Source: Macrostomum lignano
Lineage: Eukaryota
Length of the DNA: 64,000 bases
Direction: 5' to 3'
NCBI GenBank assembly: GCA_002269645.1
Contig: NIVC01001476.1
Coordinates: 1-64,000 of the forward strand
The notes under the pieces are model-generated. The model made no database searches. It worked only from the letters and a program-made list of their open reading frames with translations, and was not told where the DNA came from. Position numbers and translations under genes: made by a program. Shown here piece by piece: positions 1 through 11,187 of this stretch (position 1 is its first letter; each line of letters starts with the position of its first letter).

Positions 1-3000
1 GCACCAGATCAAATCGATCTTTTGTACATGCAGCGCGAAAATGAAACACATTATATATACATACAAGATATTAGTTCTTTTTTAAGAGAAAATAGAAATA
101 GATATCCACTATGTAGAAATTGTTTTACATTTAAAAAAGGATGAAACAGCTCTTAAAACCACCAACGATTTTGTTTAGATCACAAATTTACTAATGCTAT
201 AATGCCAGCATCTGAAGATGCAACCCTAAGTTCAACAACATTATTGGCAGTTAAAAAACCAATAGTAATATATGCTGATTTTGAAGCAACAAATGTTCCC
301 TTAAAAGAATCACAGACGGTATCTGATGACGATCATGCAAAGCATGCGACCCTACGGGACGGTGAATGCACAAAAAAATTGGCACAACAGTTTCCGAATA
401 GTTATTGTATATATGTACACTCTGTAGCTGATCATATATTTAAATCAAGGATGATTACTTACCACGGTAATGATGCAGCTAAGCACATGGCAGAATCATT
501 AGTAAATGTATTTGAATATATTCAAAATCAATATGATAAATTATCAAAAAATATTAATATGACAAATAAGGATAGAGACAATTATAAAAATGCAACAAAT
601 TGTTTTATGTGCAAAAGACATTTAAGTAAGAATAATAAGATACGAGAACATTGTCATCTAACAGGAAATTATCGAGGGGCAGCATGTAGATCATGTAATG
701 CAAAAGAAGGAAAAGGATGTAAGGAAATACCAGTATTTTTTCATAATGGTTCCGGATATGATTTTCATTTCTTAGTTCGAGAATTGCTTCATTTAGGAAA
801 GGATGAATATGAAATAAATATATTACCTAAAACATCAGAAAATTACATATCAATAACATATGGTAAGAAATACTCCCATCTAGTTTTTCTAGATTCCTTG
901 AGATTCTTATCAACATCTTTAGCAAATGTTGTTTCATCATTAGTTCCAAAACCATGGGATTTAGAAATAGTAAAGAAAAACTTTCCAATCTTATTGAATC
1001 GTTTCAAAAAAGAAAAACTATCCGAGGAAGAACTAATGCTATTAACTCGTAAGGGCATCTACCCATATGAATATGTAACATCTGAAGACGTATTTTTTCA
1101 TACCGAATTACCCCCAATTGAAAAGTTTTATTCAACATTATCACAAACAAACATAAGTGAATCGGATTATGAACACGCTCAAAAAGTATGGAAATACTTT
1201 AATTGTAAAACATTTAAAGATTATCATAATCTATATCTTAAAGCAGATGTTCTCCTATTAGCTGATGCATTTGAAAACTTTAGGAATCATACATATGAGA
1301 ATTTTAAAATTGATCCCGCATATTGTTTCAGTGCACCGGGATTAACATGGGCTTGTGGTTTGAAACATACAGATGTTAAGATTGATTTACTAACTGATCA
1401 TGATATGTTGTTAATGATTGAGAGAGGAATTCGCGGCGGATTCTCGGGTGTACTAGGAGATAGATATACTAAAGTAAATAATAAATATCTTCCAAATTAT
1501 AATAAAAAAGAAAAATCATCATATGTATTATATCTAGATGCAAACAATTTATACGGTGGTTGTATGAAACAAAAATTACCAATAGCTGATTTCCAATGGG
1601 AAGATGACCCCGATTATTACAAAAATATTCCCGAAGGAAGGGGCTGTATCGTAGAAGTGGATTTGCAATATACTCGGGAAGCAAAAGCAAAAACATATAA
1701 ATATCCTTTAGCTCCAGAGCATTGTTCAGTTAATGAAGATGATTTATCACAAACACAAAAAGATTATCTTAAAGTAGATAATGCAAAACATCTAGCAACA
1801 AAAAAATTAATATTAAATTTACATGATAAGAAAAACTATGTAGTGCATTATAAGCTTCTACAATTTTATGAAAACAGGGATTAAAAGTGTCTAAAGTACA
1901 TCGAACAATATCGTTTATTGAGGAAGATTGGTTAGCTAAATATATTGACTTTAATTCAAATCAGAGACAGATGTCAAAAACAAATTTTGAGAAAGATTAT
2001 TGGAAATTAATGAATAATGCTTTTTATGGAAAAACGGTTGAAAATATTAGAGATAGAACCCAATTCCATTTAGAAAAGGATATTGATAAAGCAAAGAAAT
2101 ATTTCTCAAAACCTAACTTTAAAGACTTTATAAAATTTGATGATAACTTTATGGGTATTCATATGAGAAATAAAACAACAAAATTTCTTAAACCAATATT
2201 TATTGGAATGGTTGTTTTAGATTTGCAAAGCTAGTAATGTATGAATACTATTATGATGTTATAAATAAAACATGGCCAGATAACTATCCAATATATGCAG
2301 ACACCGACAGTTTGGTATTTAAGGTTGAAACAGAGGATCGGGCAAAGCCGCGAACCAAAGGTTCGATGTCTATAAAGATATGGAAAAAATTAAGGATACA
2401 CTGGATACCTCCGACTATCCGGATAACCATCCTTTAAAATCAGATCAAAATAAAAAAGTTGTACTTAAAATGAAAGATGAATTAAATAGCAAAATCATAA
2501 CCGAGTTTATAGCAATAAGATCAAAATGCTATGCATTTAAGTTTTAGGACAGGAGGGAGAGGTAAAAAAAATAAAAGGGGTATCAAGGCAGCAGTAAAAA
2601 AGATAACATTTGATGATTATAAAAACGTACTTTTAGATTACCTTAATACAATTGAAAATTATCATGCTCCACAATATCGATTAAATTCAGATAAGCATCA
2701 GATGTTTGTCATCGAGACAGATAAAAAAACATTAAGTCCATTTGATGATAAAAGATATTTAGATGATAAAATTAAAACATATCCATATGGTTTAAAAGAA
2801 GAGATAAAAAATATGATAAAAGATAAAAAACAAAAAGAAGATATAATAAGTAAATATAATGAATACAAAGCGGCAATAAATAATTATTATTACGATTGTG
2901 ATTGTGAATCCGAATGTGATTGTGAATATAATACATTTCTAGAATATGAAAAAGATATAGATAATTATTATTCAACATTTCCAAAAGAACTTAAAAAATT

Positions 3001-3073
3001 AAATAAGGAAAAAGTCTTGAATAACTGGAAGAGATTAACAGAAAAATTACTTATCGGGTCTGTAAAAAACTAA
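1..3073 (+). CDS. polB: Protein-primed family B DNA polymerase (pPolB), 5'-truncated by the window and split by single-base indels
   Basis: Exo motifs YADFE, FHNGSGYDFHF and YLKADVLLLAD; a CxxC...REHCHLTGNYRGAAC insert; Pol motifs YLDANNLYG, KLMNNAFYGK, YADTDS and DDKRY. The frame is continuous after 1-nt corrections near 138/157, 1878, 2226, 2348, 2546 and 2586. Confidence 0.96.
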
Positions 3074-3406
3074 AGCATGTAATTGTTTGAGCAAATCATT
3101 AACTTCAATTTCATATATTATTGAGCACCAATTATCCTCACAGTCGGCAGGGTAACTTAAACAATCCTTTATTTTTTTCCTAAGTTTTTTTATTTTTCTA
3201 ACCAATCTATCTATTTCAATTTCAATTACTATTTCAGCATAAACAATATCTTGTCTTAAAAAACGTTTTCTTTTATCTATCTCATATCGGATGGGAAACA
3301 TATCGTCCCCATACTCATGATATTTCTGAGATATAATTATATTTATTTTTTTATTAATATCATTAAGTTCACGCTCTTTAGTGATAAGGATTTTTATCGT
3401 ATCCAT
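3047..3406 (-). CDS. Polinton hypothetical protein, 119 aa, coiled-coil-like
   Basis: Clean ATG ORF overlapping its neighbours in the compact viral layout; no family recognised. Confidence 0.55.
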   Translation of the reverse strand: MDTIKILITKERELNDINKKINIIISQKYHEYGDDMFPIRYEIDKRKRFLRQDIVYAEIVIEIEIDRLVRKIKKLRKKIKDCLSYPADCEDNWCSIIYEIEVNDLLKQLHALVFYRPDK

Positions 3407-3753
3407 TTTCTTATAAAAAATTTAGTCTTCGTCGTCATCCTCCCAAACACCGCCAATTTTACAGTCCTATCACTCTTTTTATTATTTGTTTGTTTTAGTT
3501 TAAATTGCAATCCACCCTCGTTGCAGTATTTCATAACAAACGCTTTAGGTTTATTAATAACTAAAACAGGAAAATTTTTAACATCATCTCCGCTTAGACA
3601 TAAAATTTTTTGCCCATCTAATTGTAAAAATATTGATTGAAGCCCAATAAATTTAACCTGTCTCAAACATACAATATTATATTCTTTATTCTCCAACATA
3701 TTGGGTGTGAGATAATTAATCACATTAGAATCGGTTTTGAACCAGCTCTCCAT
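3394..3753 (-). CDS. Polinton hypothetical protein, 119 aa, beta-rich
   Basis: ATG preceded by TAAAA like the other element genes; no family recognised. Confidence 0.6.
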   Translation of the reverse strand: MESWFKTDSNVINYLTPNMLENKEYNIVCLRQVKFIGLQSIFLQLDGQKILCLSGDDVKNFPVLVINKPKAFVMKYCNEGGLQFKLKQTNNKKSDRTVKLAVFGRMTTKTKFFIRKWIR

Positions 3754-3779
3754 TTTTAATCTAAAAAAATAACAAAAAA

Positions 3780-4313
3780 ATGAAAGACATTTATGTTTGT
3801 AATAAATGTAATGTGACTATGCACAGAGGGCAAACAGCAAACGGAGATATATATCATATGTGTTATTCATGTTCTAAAATATATCAATTTGAAAAAACAA
3901 AAAAGATTGAAAACTCATATTACTATTTTAAAAACACAATTTTAAGAAATCTTACAAGAGACATTTCTGATCCAATTTTAATTCCCGGAAATAATGTTTA
4001 TTTATATAATAACTTTTTCCATTTAAATAAAGGAAAGGGATTAAGTTCGAAAGACTCTGAAAGGATTTTAATTTTAGTTGGATATTATTTCAATTTTCTT
4101 ATTCGAGAGAATACAAAGTTTATAAGGATAGGTAACATACCTAACGAAATGTTATTGAAAAAGTCATTGGAATTTTTATGTATTGATAAAAAATTTAAAC
4201 CTAGGATCAGAAGAGAGTTACCACTTTGGGAAGAATATATAACATATGCATTAGAAAAACTAAACAACCTGAAGTTCTACGCACTTCCTGACCGCGGCTT
4301 TGTGCCCCAGTAG
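3780..4313 (+). CDS. Zn-ribbon protein resembling poxvirus/NCLDV late transcription factor VLTF3 (A2-like)
   Basis: N-terminal CNKC-x17-CYSC. Downstream segments YFKNTILRNL, FLIRENT, LLKKSLE, KKFKP and LWEEYI resemble VLTF3 by eye. Confidence 0.6.
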   Translation: MKDIYVCNKCNVTMHRGQTANGDIYHMCYSCSKIYQFEKTKKIENSYYYFKNTILRNLTRDISDPILIPGNNVYLYNNFFHLNKGKGLSSKDSERILILVGYYFNFLIRENTKFIRIGNIPNEMLLKKSLEFLCIDKKFKPRIRRELPLWEEYITYALEKLNNLKFYALPDRGFVPQ

Positions 4314-4321
4314 CAATAGTT

Positions 4322-4768
4322 TCAGGTTCGTAAATCTAATGTTTCTATCGGTGGAGCTTTGGGTTTGTCCAAACGCAATTCTTTTAATTCCATATCGGTA
4401 AAAGTTTCAACATCTAAAATTCTATTTCTATCTTTTAAATATTTTTCATATAATTCAACCGCGGTTGATAATTCATGAATCGTTATCTCTCCGTCATCCA
4501 ATATTTTTTGCACATATAAATATAATTGATTTTTATATTGTTTTGCAACATCTCTTAATGATTTATATTTTTCCTTTCTTTTTTTAAGATATAATTTAAT
4601 TGCTAAAAGTATTGATAAGTTCCTGATCAATTCAAAACCTGATATTGACCCAATTGAAATACCTAAAAATAATTGAGATAAATTAAGAGTTGGAATAGAT
4701 TGTAAAATACCTAAAACGATTACACATAACATTGATAAGCTTCCAAATCCAATATTGAAAAAATCCAT
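4322..4768 (-). CDS. Predicted membrane protein (two N-terminal hydrophobic segments, charged tail)
   Basis: 148-aa ORF; hydrophobic residues ~5-58 are followed by KLYLKKRKEK. Confidence 0.6.
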   Translation of the reverse strand: MDFFNIGFGSLSMLCVIVLGILQSIPTLNLSQLFLGISIGSISGFELIRNLSILLAIKLYLKKRKEKYKSLRDVAKQYKNQLYLYVQKILDDGEITIHELSTAVELYEKYLKDRNRILDVETFTDMELKELRLDKPKAPPIETLDLRT

Positions 4769-4897
4769 ATTTCTTATATGGTTTGAAACTCTTCTTACTT
4801 TTTTAGTATATAAATCATAATCATAGTTATACGATCAACATTACTTAACATCTGACCTTTACGTTGGTTGAACCGGTCGCGTTCCCATTTATCTGCT

Positions 4898-5224
4898 TCA
4901 GATACCGACATTCTCGTCTATTTTTAATAGCACCAAAATGAATTCCCCACGCTCTTTGGGGATTTGTCCCGAGCTCAATAGGTATTGTATTGGAGTTATT
5001 CTTTCTTTTTTCTCCCATTTAAATCCTATTTTCCAAAACTCTTGAAGTATAATATGATTTTTTAATAACTTAATTAATTCTTGAAGTTTCTTATTATCCT
5101 GAACATTTACAGTACTAAATAAAAATTTGGTATGAGATTTGAATGTTTTTATATTTGATTCTTGTTTAGGAATAGGAATAATAACATTATTTTGCCGCAT
5201 CGATGGAGTTCTACTAAAAGCCAT
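4898..5224 (-). CDS. Polinton hypothetical protein, 108 aa
   Basis: ATG in TATAAAATG context; compact position after the fibre gene. Confidence 0.55.
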   Translation of the reverse strand: MAFSRTPSMRQNNVIIPIPKQESNIKTFKSHTKFLFSTVNVQDNKKLQELIKLLKNHIILQEFWKIGFKWEKKERITPIQYLLSSGQIPKERGEFILVLLKIDENVGI

Positions 5225-5267
5225 TTTATATATAAATATTTATGTATCGGTCGCAGCATTAGCTGAT

Positions 5268-7310
5268 TTAAGTTATTTCGGTTTGTGGCCGTTCCAAATA
5301 TGCGGTCGCAGCAAAATCATATCCTGCTGATGTGCTACCACAAACGGCTGCACCACGAATAAAATGTGCAGCATCCGATCCTCCAGTTCGAGCACCAAAA
5401 CCCATAAGAGATCCCGTTTTATCTAAAGTTCCCCAAGTTCCACTATCATATGTAAAAAAGTTTTGCCCAATTAGCGTATATGTATTAGCTGATACATTGT
5501 ATGTGCTTATTTGATACCAAACTCTTTGATTTAAAATATTAATTTCAAAAAGATGCCAATCGCCGTTATCAATATTAGCATAGGTTATAGTTTGATCTGC
5601 GTCATTAAGAACATCATTACGAACTGTTGCTCCGTCTGATTTTATATTGCTCCAAACAACCCCAACTCTATCATGCCATTCACTCGCAAACACAATCAAG
5701 CCGGCGCGGGTTGTTAACCCGGATCCAAATTCACTTGTTGGACGTTCGTGACAATATGCATAAAACCAAACAGCGTCAGCTCCATCTCCTGTAGCATTAG
5801 CAACTCGGAAATAGAAGGAGGCGGAGATATTACGAAAATGGGTGAAATTAAATTGCAACGCTCCAGACTGACCACTTGCTTCATCAGTAATTCTACTCCA
5901 TTTTGATAATCAATATAAGTAGCGCTACCAACAAAACTTCCAGTTGGAAAAATATCACCGGCTGTGGTTGGGTTTTGATATCCAGTCCAATTGCAAATTA
6001 CAGGCTCGTACAAAGCGGCATCGATTGCAGGTATTCCATCCAATTTTATTTTATCGTTAAAAGACATTCGGCCATCCGCCGTTTGTGTTACTCGCGTATC
6101 AACATAACCTTTAGTAACAACAGAACTGTTATTGTTTATAGTAGAGATATTAGTAATTGTATTACCTCCCATATCAATTGATTGATTAACCACTCCCAAA
6201 TTTAAATCAAGAATTGTAAACGTCTGTCTATAAATCTGGAAGGTTGACAGACCCGGGTTGGTTGAACCCGAAGTTGATGTAAGACAGAACAATCTGAAAT
6301 ATGAATATGTTTTATCAAAATTTTGTGTGACATTAATTGTTTGAGTTGAGTTATTTATTGCTACAGAACTATCCGCAGGTATTAATACGTCCCAACTTGT
6401 ATTGTCATTACTTCCCTCAAATCGCCATGATGCTGGGTGCTCGGTTGAAGGTGATGGCCTACCACGTAAATCAATTTTATAACACATTATTGCGGAAGGG
6501 CATTGGACTTGAATCCAATAATCGGTTTGAGTATTATTTGTTGCCCAATCTGTTGAATCATTTCCATCAAACGCTTTCCAACTTGCAAAATCAGTTGTAT
6601 TAAATGCAGTGCTTGCGGTTATTGCAAAACCATTTCCACTCCAATCTGCCATGGTAGGTATGTGACCAGTTTCAACCGTTTGGAATCGATCCTGCTTTAA
6701 GGCTCCACCCCAACTAAATTATCAACCTCCGTTTTGGTATAGGAATCAGTTATATCTCTTTTTAAATTTAAGGAATTATCAACTTCAGTTTTGCTATAAG
6801 AATCAGTTATATCTCTTTTTAAATTTAGGGAATTATCAACTTCAGTTTTGCTATAAGAATCAGTTATATCTCTTTTTAAATTTAGGGAATTATCAACTTC
6901 AGTTTTGGTATAGGAATCAGTTATATCTCTTTTTAAATTTAGGGAATTATCAACTTCAGTTTTGGTATAAGAATCGGCCGTATTGCGTTTTAAATTTAAT
7001 GAATCATCTATTTGAGTTCGAGAATAAGAATCAGTTATATCTCTTTTTAAATTTAACCCATTGTCAACTCTGTTTTTGTATATGAATCGGCTACGTTCCG
7101 TTTTAAATTTAGGGAATTATCTATTTGAGTTTTGGTATAGGAATCTGCAACATTTCTTTTTAAATTTAGTTTAGTATCAACTTCACTTTTTTTATAACCT
7201 TCATCTTCATTAATATATCGGTTATCTCCGAATGTAACACTTATTCCACCAGAAGTACCACCACCAGTACTTGATGTTCCGTTCCATGAGGGTGTTCCAG
7301 AAAATAACAT
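5268..7310 (-). CDS. Fibre/receptor-binding-like protein: 19-aa repeats, F5/8 type C (discoidin) domain and L-type lectin-like domain; frameshifted
   Basis: One frame after 1-nt fixes near 7066, 6710 and 5890. Repeats KRDITDSYSKTEVDNSLNL; discoidin-like AWKAFDG...WIQVQ...WRFEGSND; lectin-like ELTDEASGQSGAL, SASFYF..GADAVWF and MGFGARTGG. Confidence 0.75.
6725..7170 (-). repeat. 57-nt coding tandem repeat (~7-8 units) in the fibre gene
   Basis: aacttcagtt recurs at 6781 and 6838 (period 57 nt = 19 aa). Confidence 0.95.
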
Positions 7311-7393
7311 TTTTTACTGTCTATTTTATAGAGTCTAAAAAATCAACGCATGCTTTGCATGATCATCTTAAATACTTCGGGTTTACACGAGCT

Positions 7394-7780
7394 TCATTCG
7401 AAAGTCGATATAAAAAATACAACGCGCTTGCCGCAATAACTTTTATCAAATGTTTGAAATTGTTCGTGATAATCTCCACATAAACGATTTTTAGTATGAT
7501 TAAATTTATCTTTTATTTCCTGTAACGGAGGAAGCGCGTATGAATCAAAAAAATAAACAAGTTTTGGTTTTGAATAAACTGCTGACCAATGAACACCATT
7601 TTCTTTTGTTGTTTCAATATTAACAATGAAAGATCCATATTGTGGTAAGTCTTTTATCTCATCTCGCATAACACATCTGAATGGTTTTATTTTTAACTGC
7701 CGCGCCCAATTTGTTAATTCGATATTGCTTGTTGTGTCTGTTCCATATCTTTGTTTAAAATCATCCCACGTCATGGTCAT
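7394..7780 (-). CDS. Adenain-like cysteine protease (Polinton PRO); C-terminus probably frameshifted and extending to ~7325
   Basis: Catalytic pattern GVHW, FFDSY, QFQ and YCG. Confidence 0.9.
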   Translation of the reverse strand: MTMTWDDFKQRYGTDTTSNIELTNWARQLKIKPFRCVMRDEIKDLPQYGSFIVNIETTKENGVHWSAVYSKPKLVYFFDSYALPPLQEIKDKFNHTKNRLCGDYHEQFQTFDKSYCGKRVVFFISTFE

Positions 7781-7781
7781 T

Positions 7782-7964
7782 TTATGTTCCTGAAAAACTC
7801 TTGGTTTTAGTTAGTTTCGTAGGTGTGGGTTTTAACAATTCCTTTCTTATTTTATCAGCTTGTAACTGCCTTAATTTTGCTAGTTCTAGTTCGTAATTAT
7901 CTTCAGCTTTTTTAACTTTTTCTGATTGTTTTTTTAGTAAATTATTATTATTATTATTACCCAT
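7782..7964 (-). CDS. Small basic coiled-coil protein (~60 aa, MGNNNN...)
   Basis: ATG at 7964 in TAAAAATG context; its TAA stop abuts the protease ATG. Confidence 0.55.
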   Translation of the reverse strand: MGNNNNNNLLKKQSEKVKKAEDNYELELAKLRQLQADKIRKELLKPTPTKLTKTKSFSGT

Positions 7965-8008
7965 TTTTACTATAGGAAACGGACAAAGTCCTCGAACCAA
8001 AGGTTCTA

Positions 8009-8791
8009 TTAAACCTGTTTTATACGTAAAATTACTGTTATTGATTGCCCACCAAAACTTATTAATCTATCGCTTTCATCTACAATCCTAATATAAATTG
8101 ATTGAACATTATATTGATTTAATGGGTAATATATTGGGGTTTGAGGTGAACAATCATTTTCTCTCCAATTGGAACAGCAAGAAATGGGATTGAATAAATA
8201 ATTCCACGTTGAACCAAAACTCCATTATTATCTGTTATATAACCACCGTTTGATATGTCGGTTGTTATATTAATTGTATTAACTCCACCCTCAATATTTC
8301 CACTGTATCTCCGGTGCTTGATGTGGTAACTATTCGGGAATTAAATCCAAGTATGGTTCTGAGTGAATTTGCAATTGTGAAATCAACCTGATATCCGGAT
8401 CCTAGTGATAGTGTGAATCTGCCAGATGGTAAATCAACCCTATAACAATCGCGCCTGCTACCCAATCGCCGTTAGATGTTAATTCTCCTTCTATATAAGC
8501 ATTCAAATCAGTATAGCTATACGCTCCTGGGTTAACGCTAAATGTTGTCCAATTGGCTCCGGAATCTTTAGAATATCTAAATTGATTATTTGTTGCATTA
8601 ATTAATTGAGGCATGTTAAAAACCGAAAATAGTATCAAACCTATTTGATAACTTAGGCTTTGATCAAGTTGTAATGGATCGCGCAATTGAATCCGTTGCT
8701 CGCTGGTTGTCATTATAAACTGTAATGTTGTACTAAATTTTGAATTAGTTCGATCTACCAATTGTTTTATAGTATCTAAATTTGTAGCCAT
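8009..8791 (-). CDS. Minor capsid (penton, single jelly-roll) protein; frameshifted
   Basis: LINATNNQFRY, PGAYSYTDLN and LRTILGF, then C-terminal IYYPLNQYNVQSIYIRIVDESDRLISFGGQSITVILRIK. Joined by 3-4 single-base corrections; TAA at 8011-8009. Confidence 0.85.
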
Positions 8792-8869
8792 TTTTATAGT
8801 GGAAGAATCGGACGAAGTCCGCGTTCCGAAGGAACGATCGTACCGAAGGTACGCGACCCTATGGGGCGA

Positions 8870-9631
8870 TCATTCTTCTTCCTCATCGTCTTCTTTTATA
8901 AGATCTTTTAAGATTCGATTTTTCCTTTCTAACCTCGGATTGATATAAATATGTTTGTATTGGCTATCATCCCAAATTTTTTTACACATACTTTTAAATG
9001 GTTTTGTATCCAATCCAGGATTAAATCTAGCGTGTATATTTTGTAAATCATAATTATCTAAATCAAACATTACACAACAGCTAGCATTCTTTTTTATAAT
9101 CGATTCTAATTCTCTAAAGGATTGAGTAAGATAAAAAGCTCCAATTCCATCTCCTCTACCACTAACAAAAATTTCCTTTTGTAATTCTTGATCACCGTCA
9201 TTAATACAATCATCAAAAATAATTAGTGTTTTATCATTTTTTGGAATTTGATCATAGCCTAATCGGGTTGATACTCTAACAGTTGGGGCTCGTTCGGTAA
9301 TGTTTTCGGGGTGTTGTGCCATTGTTTTACATAAATCCTCAATGTCTGCTAGATTAAATCGCGGTTCGTCATCATCCTCATATTGCTCATATGCTCTTAA
9401 CATTCTAAACAATACATCTTTTTTTAATTTGTTTTTTAATCCATGTTTAAGAAATTCATAATATTTTATTCTAGGTTTGTTAGTATAAATTATTATATTA
9501 TTATAGTCTAACATTCCATCTGTTGTTAATAAATCGTAAACAAAGTGTGTTTTTCCTTTACCTGATCCTCCGATTACTAAACAAAGAAAAGGATCATTTG
9601 GAAATATCTTATCGTGTTTTGCCTTTACCAT
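8870..9631 (-). CDS. A32/FtsK-family genome packaging ATPase
   Basis: Walker A GGSGKGKT, Walker B LIIFDD, and the GRG...YLTQS motif. Confidence 0.93.
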   Translation of the reverse strand: MVKAKHDKIFPNDPFLCLVIGGSGKGKTHFVYDLLTTDGMLDYNNIIIYTNKPRIKYYEFLKHGLKNKLKKDVLFRMLRAYEQYEDDDEPRFNLADIEDLCKTMAQHPENITERAPTVRVSTRLGYDQIPKNDKTLIIFDDCINDGDQELQKEIFVSGRGDGIGAFYLTQSFRELESIIKKNASCCVMFDLDNYDLQNIHARFNPGLDTKPFKSMCKKIWDDSQYKHIYINPRLERKNRILKDLIKEDDEEEE

Positions 9632-9682
9632 TTTTAAAGAAATAATTTAAATAGGCGCGATGGTCGGAGACCTGCACTCATT

Positions 9683-11153
9683 TTACAATGGTGCGTCCCG
9701 AACAATCGTGCCATCAGCTTTAGCAATTGACATATATTCCTCTAGAAACAATACGTGGGCGTCAAGTGCCTGATTACCGGTTTTATTAATCTCTAACATA
9801 TAATTAAGTCCAATATTGGCTACGTTTTCTTTCTGTGCCGTTAGATCATAAACAACCACTGGATGAATGTTTAGAAACTCTGTGGGTGTGTACTGAGGGA
9901 CGGCATACGCTTCATTTTTAGCATAATCTTGATAATATTTTATAAAATCATTAACATTATTATTTGCAATATTTAGATTAAGAGGATCTTTAACCGGATA
10001 ATATTGATCATCAACCTGCAGGCGGATATTCTGAACATTAAACTCGTTAATAGCTGCAGCCGCATTGTCTGTTGCGGTGGCTGCTTGTTCTGCTATGGCA
10101 CCGGATTGAAGCCAATATAAATCCCCATTTGCTCTTTTACTCCTTCTATTTGTTATTTTAAACCAAACAAAAATATATCTCACCCGACGTTTTGATGTCA
10201 GTATTTGCCACTGGAATGAATCCTGGTTATTATTAATGGTTCGCATAAAATGTCGACGATTCAAATAAAATATTTCCTGATCATGCGTTAACTGATTATC
10301 GATGTGTTTTAAAAGTGGGGCTGTTACCTCAATAGTTGGTACGACTAATTGAATTGAATCTATACGAACTGCTATATCGGTTGAAATTGAGGTTCCATAA
10401 AGTATCCTAGGCTGATATCCACCAGATATTTGCAACTGTATCCCAAATTTTAATCCTTTCCATACCCGATTTGGTGAGAAGAACCCAAATAGCGGAAGAT
10501 TGAAAAGTCCTGCTCATATGCTGTTGCTGTGGTTAAAACCGCGACTGGGAATTTTTCTGACGATCTATAAAACCAGTATTAATATCTTTTGTATTAGTCA
10601 TAGTGGTTACAACTGGAACTATGTTTGTATTAAGGTAAACAATTAGCGCTGCAGTATCTGCACCGGCTGCGTTTTGTACATTAGGGAAAACTACTGCTTG
10701 ACCGTTACCTTTATCCGGCATCCACCCAACATTATCACCAACTTGTTTTGATAAATAAGTATAATTTAAATGTTTCAAAACTCCATTAATCTCTGCGGGG
10801 TTTGATGATGTCTCAACCTCAGCACCATTAACAGTTAGTTGAGCTTGGGAAAAACATTTATAAAACCAATCATTTTCTATTATTATTCCGGATCGATCTG
10901 CGATATCTCCGGCTGCAAGAGCAGTTCCATCATTTCTAGTATACAACCATCTAACGCGGAAAAACGCATTTTTCATATCCAATATAGTGTTGGTTGCGCC
11001 GATGTCAAAAGTTACCGTTCCAGTAGTAAAGTTATTTGAATTATCACTTGTTGGTAGGGTATAATTTAAATCTCTTGCTCTGACCTCATTAATATACTGT
11101 CGGTGCTTTTTGAAATGAAATTTATCACTCCACATAGTTTTTGTTTCAGCCAT
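9683..11153 (-). CDS. Major capsid protein (double jelly-roll), split by two indels near 10490-10545
   Basis: FSQAQLTVNGAEVE, LPLFGFF...GLKFGIQL, NIRLQVDDQYYP and HPVVVYDLT motifs typical of Polinton MCP; ~490 aa when joined. Confidence 0.88.
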
Positions 11154-11187
11154 TTTTTTAAGTTAAAAAAGTTTTTTATGTTAAAAA

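Noticed and set aside
4290-4890. GC-rich patches at ~4290-4315 and ~4866-4885 as further triloop hairpins
   Set aside because: The stems are imperfect. They may be decayed members but are not counted.
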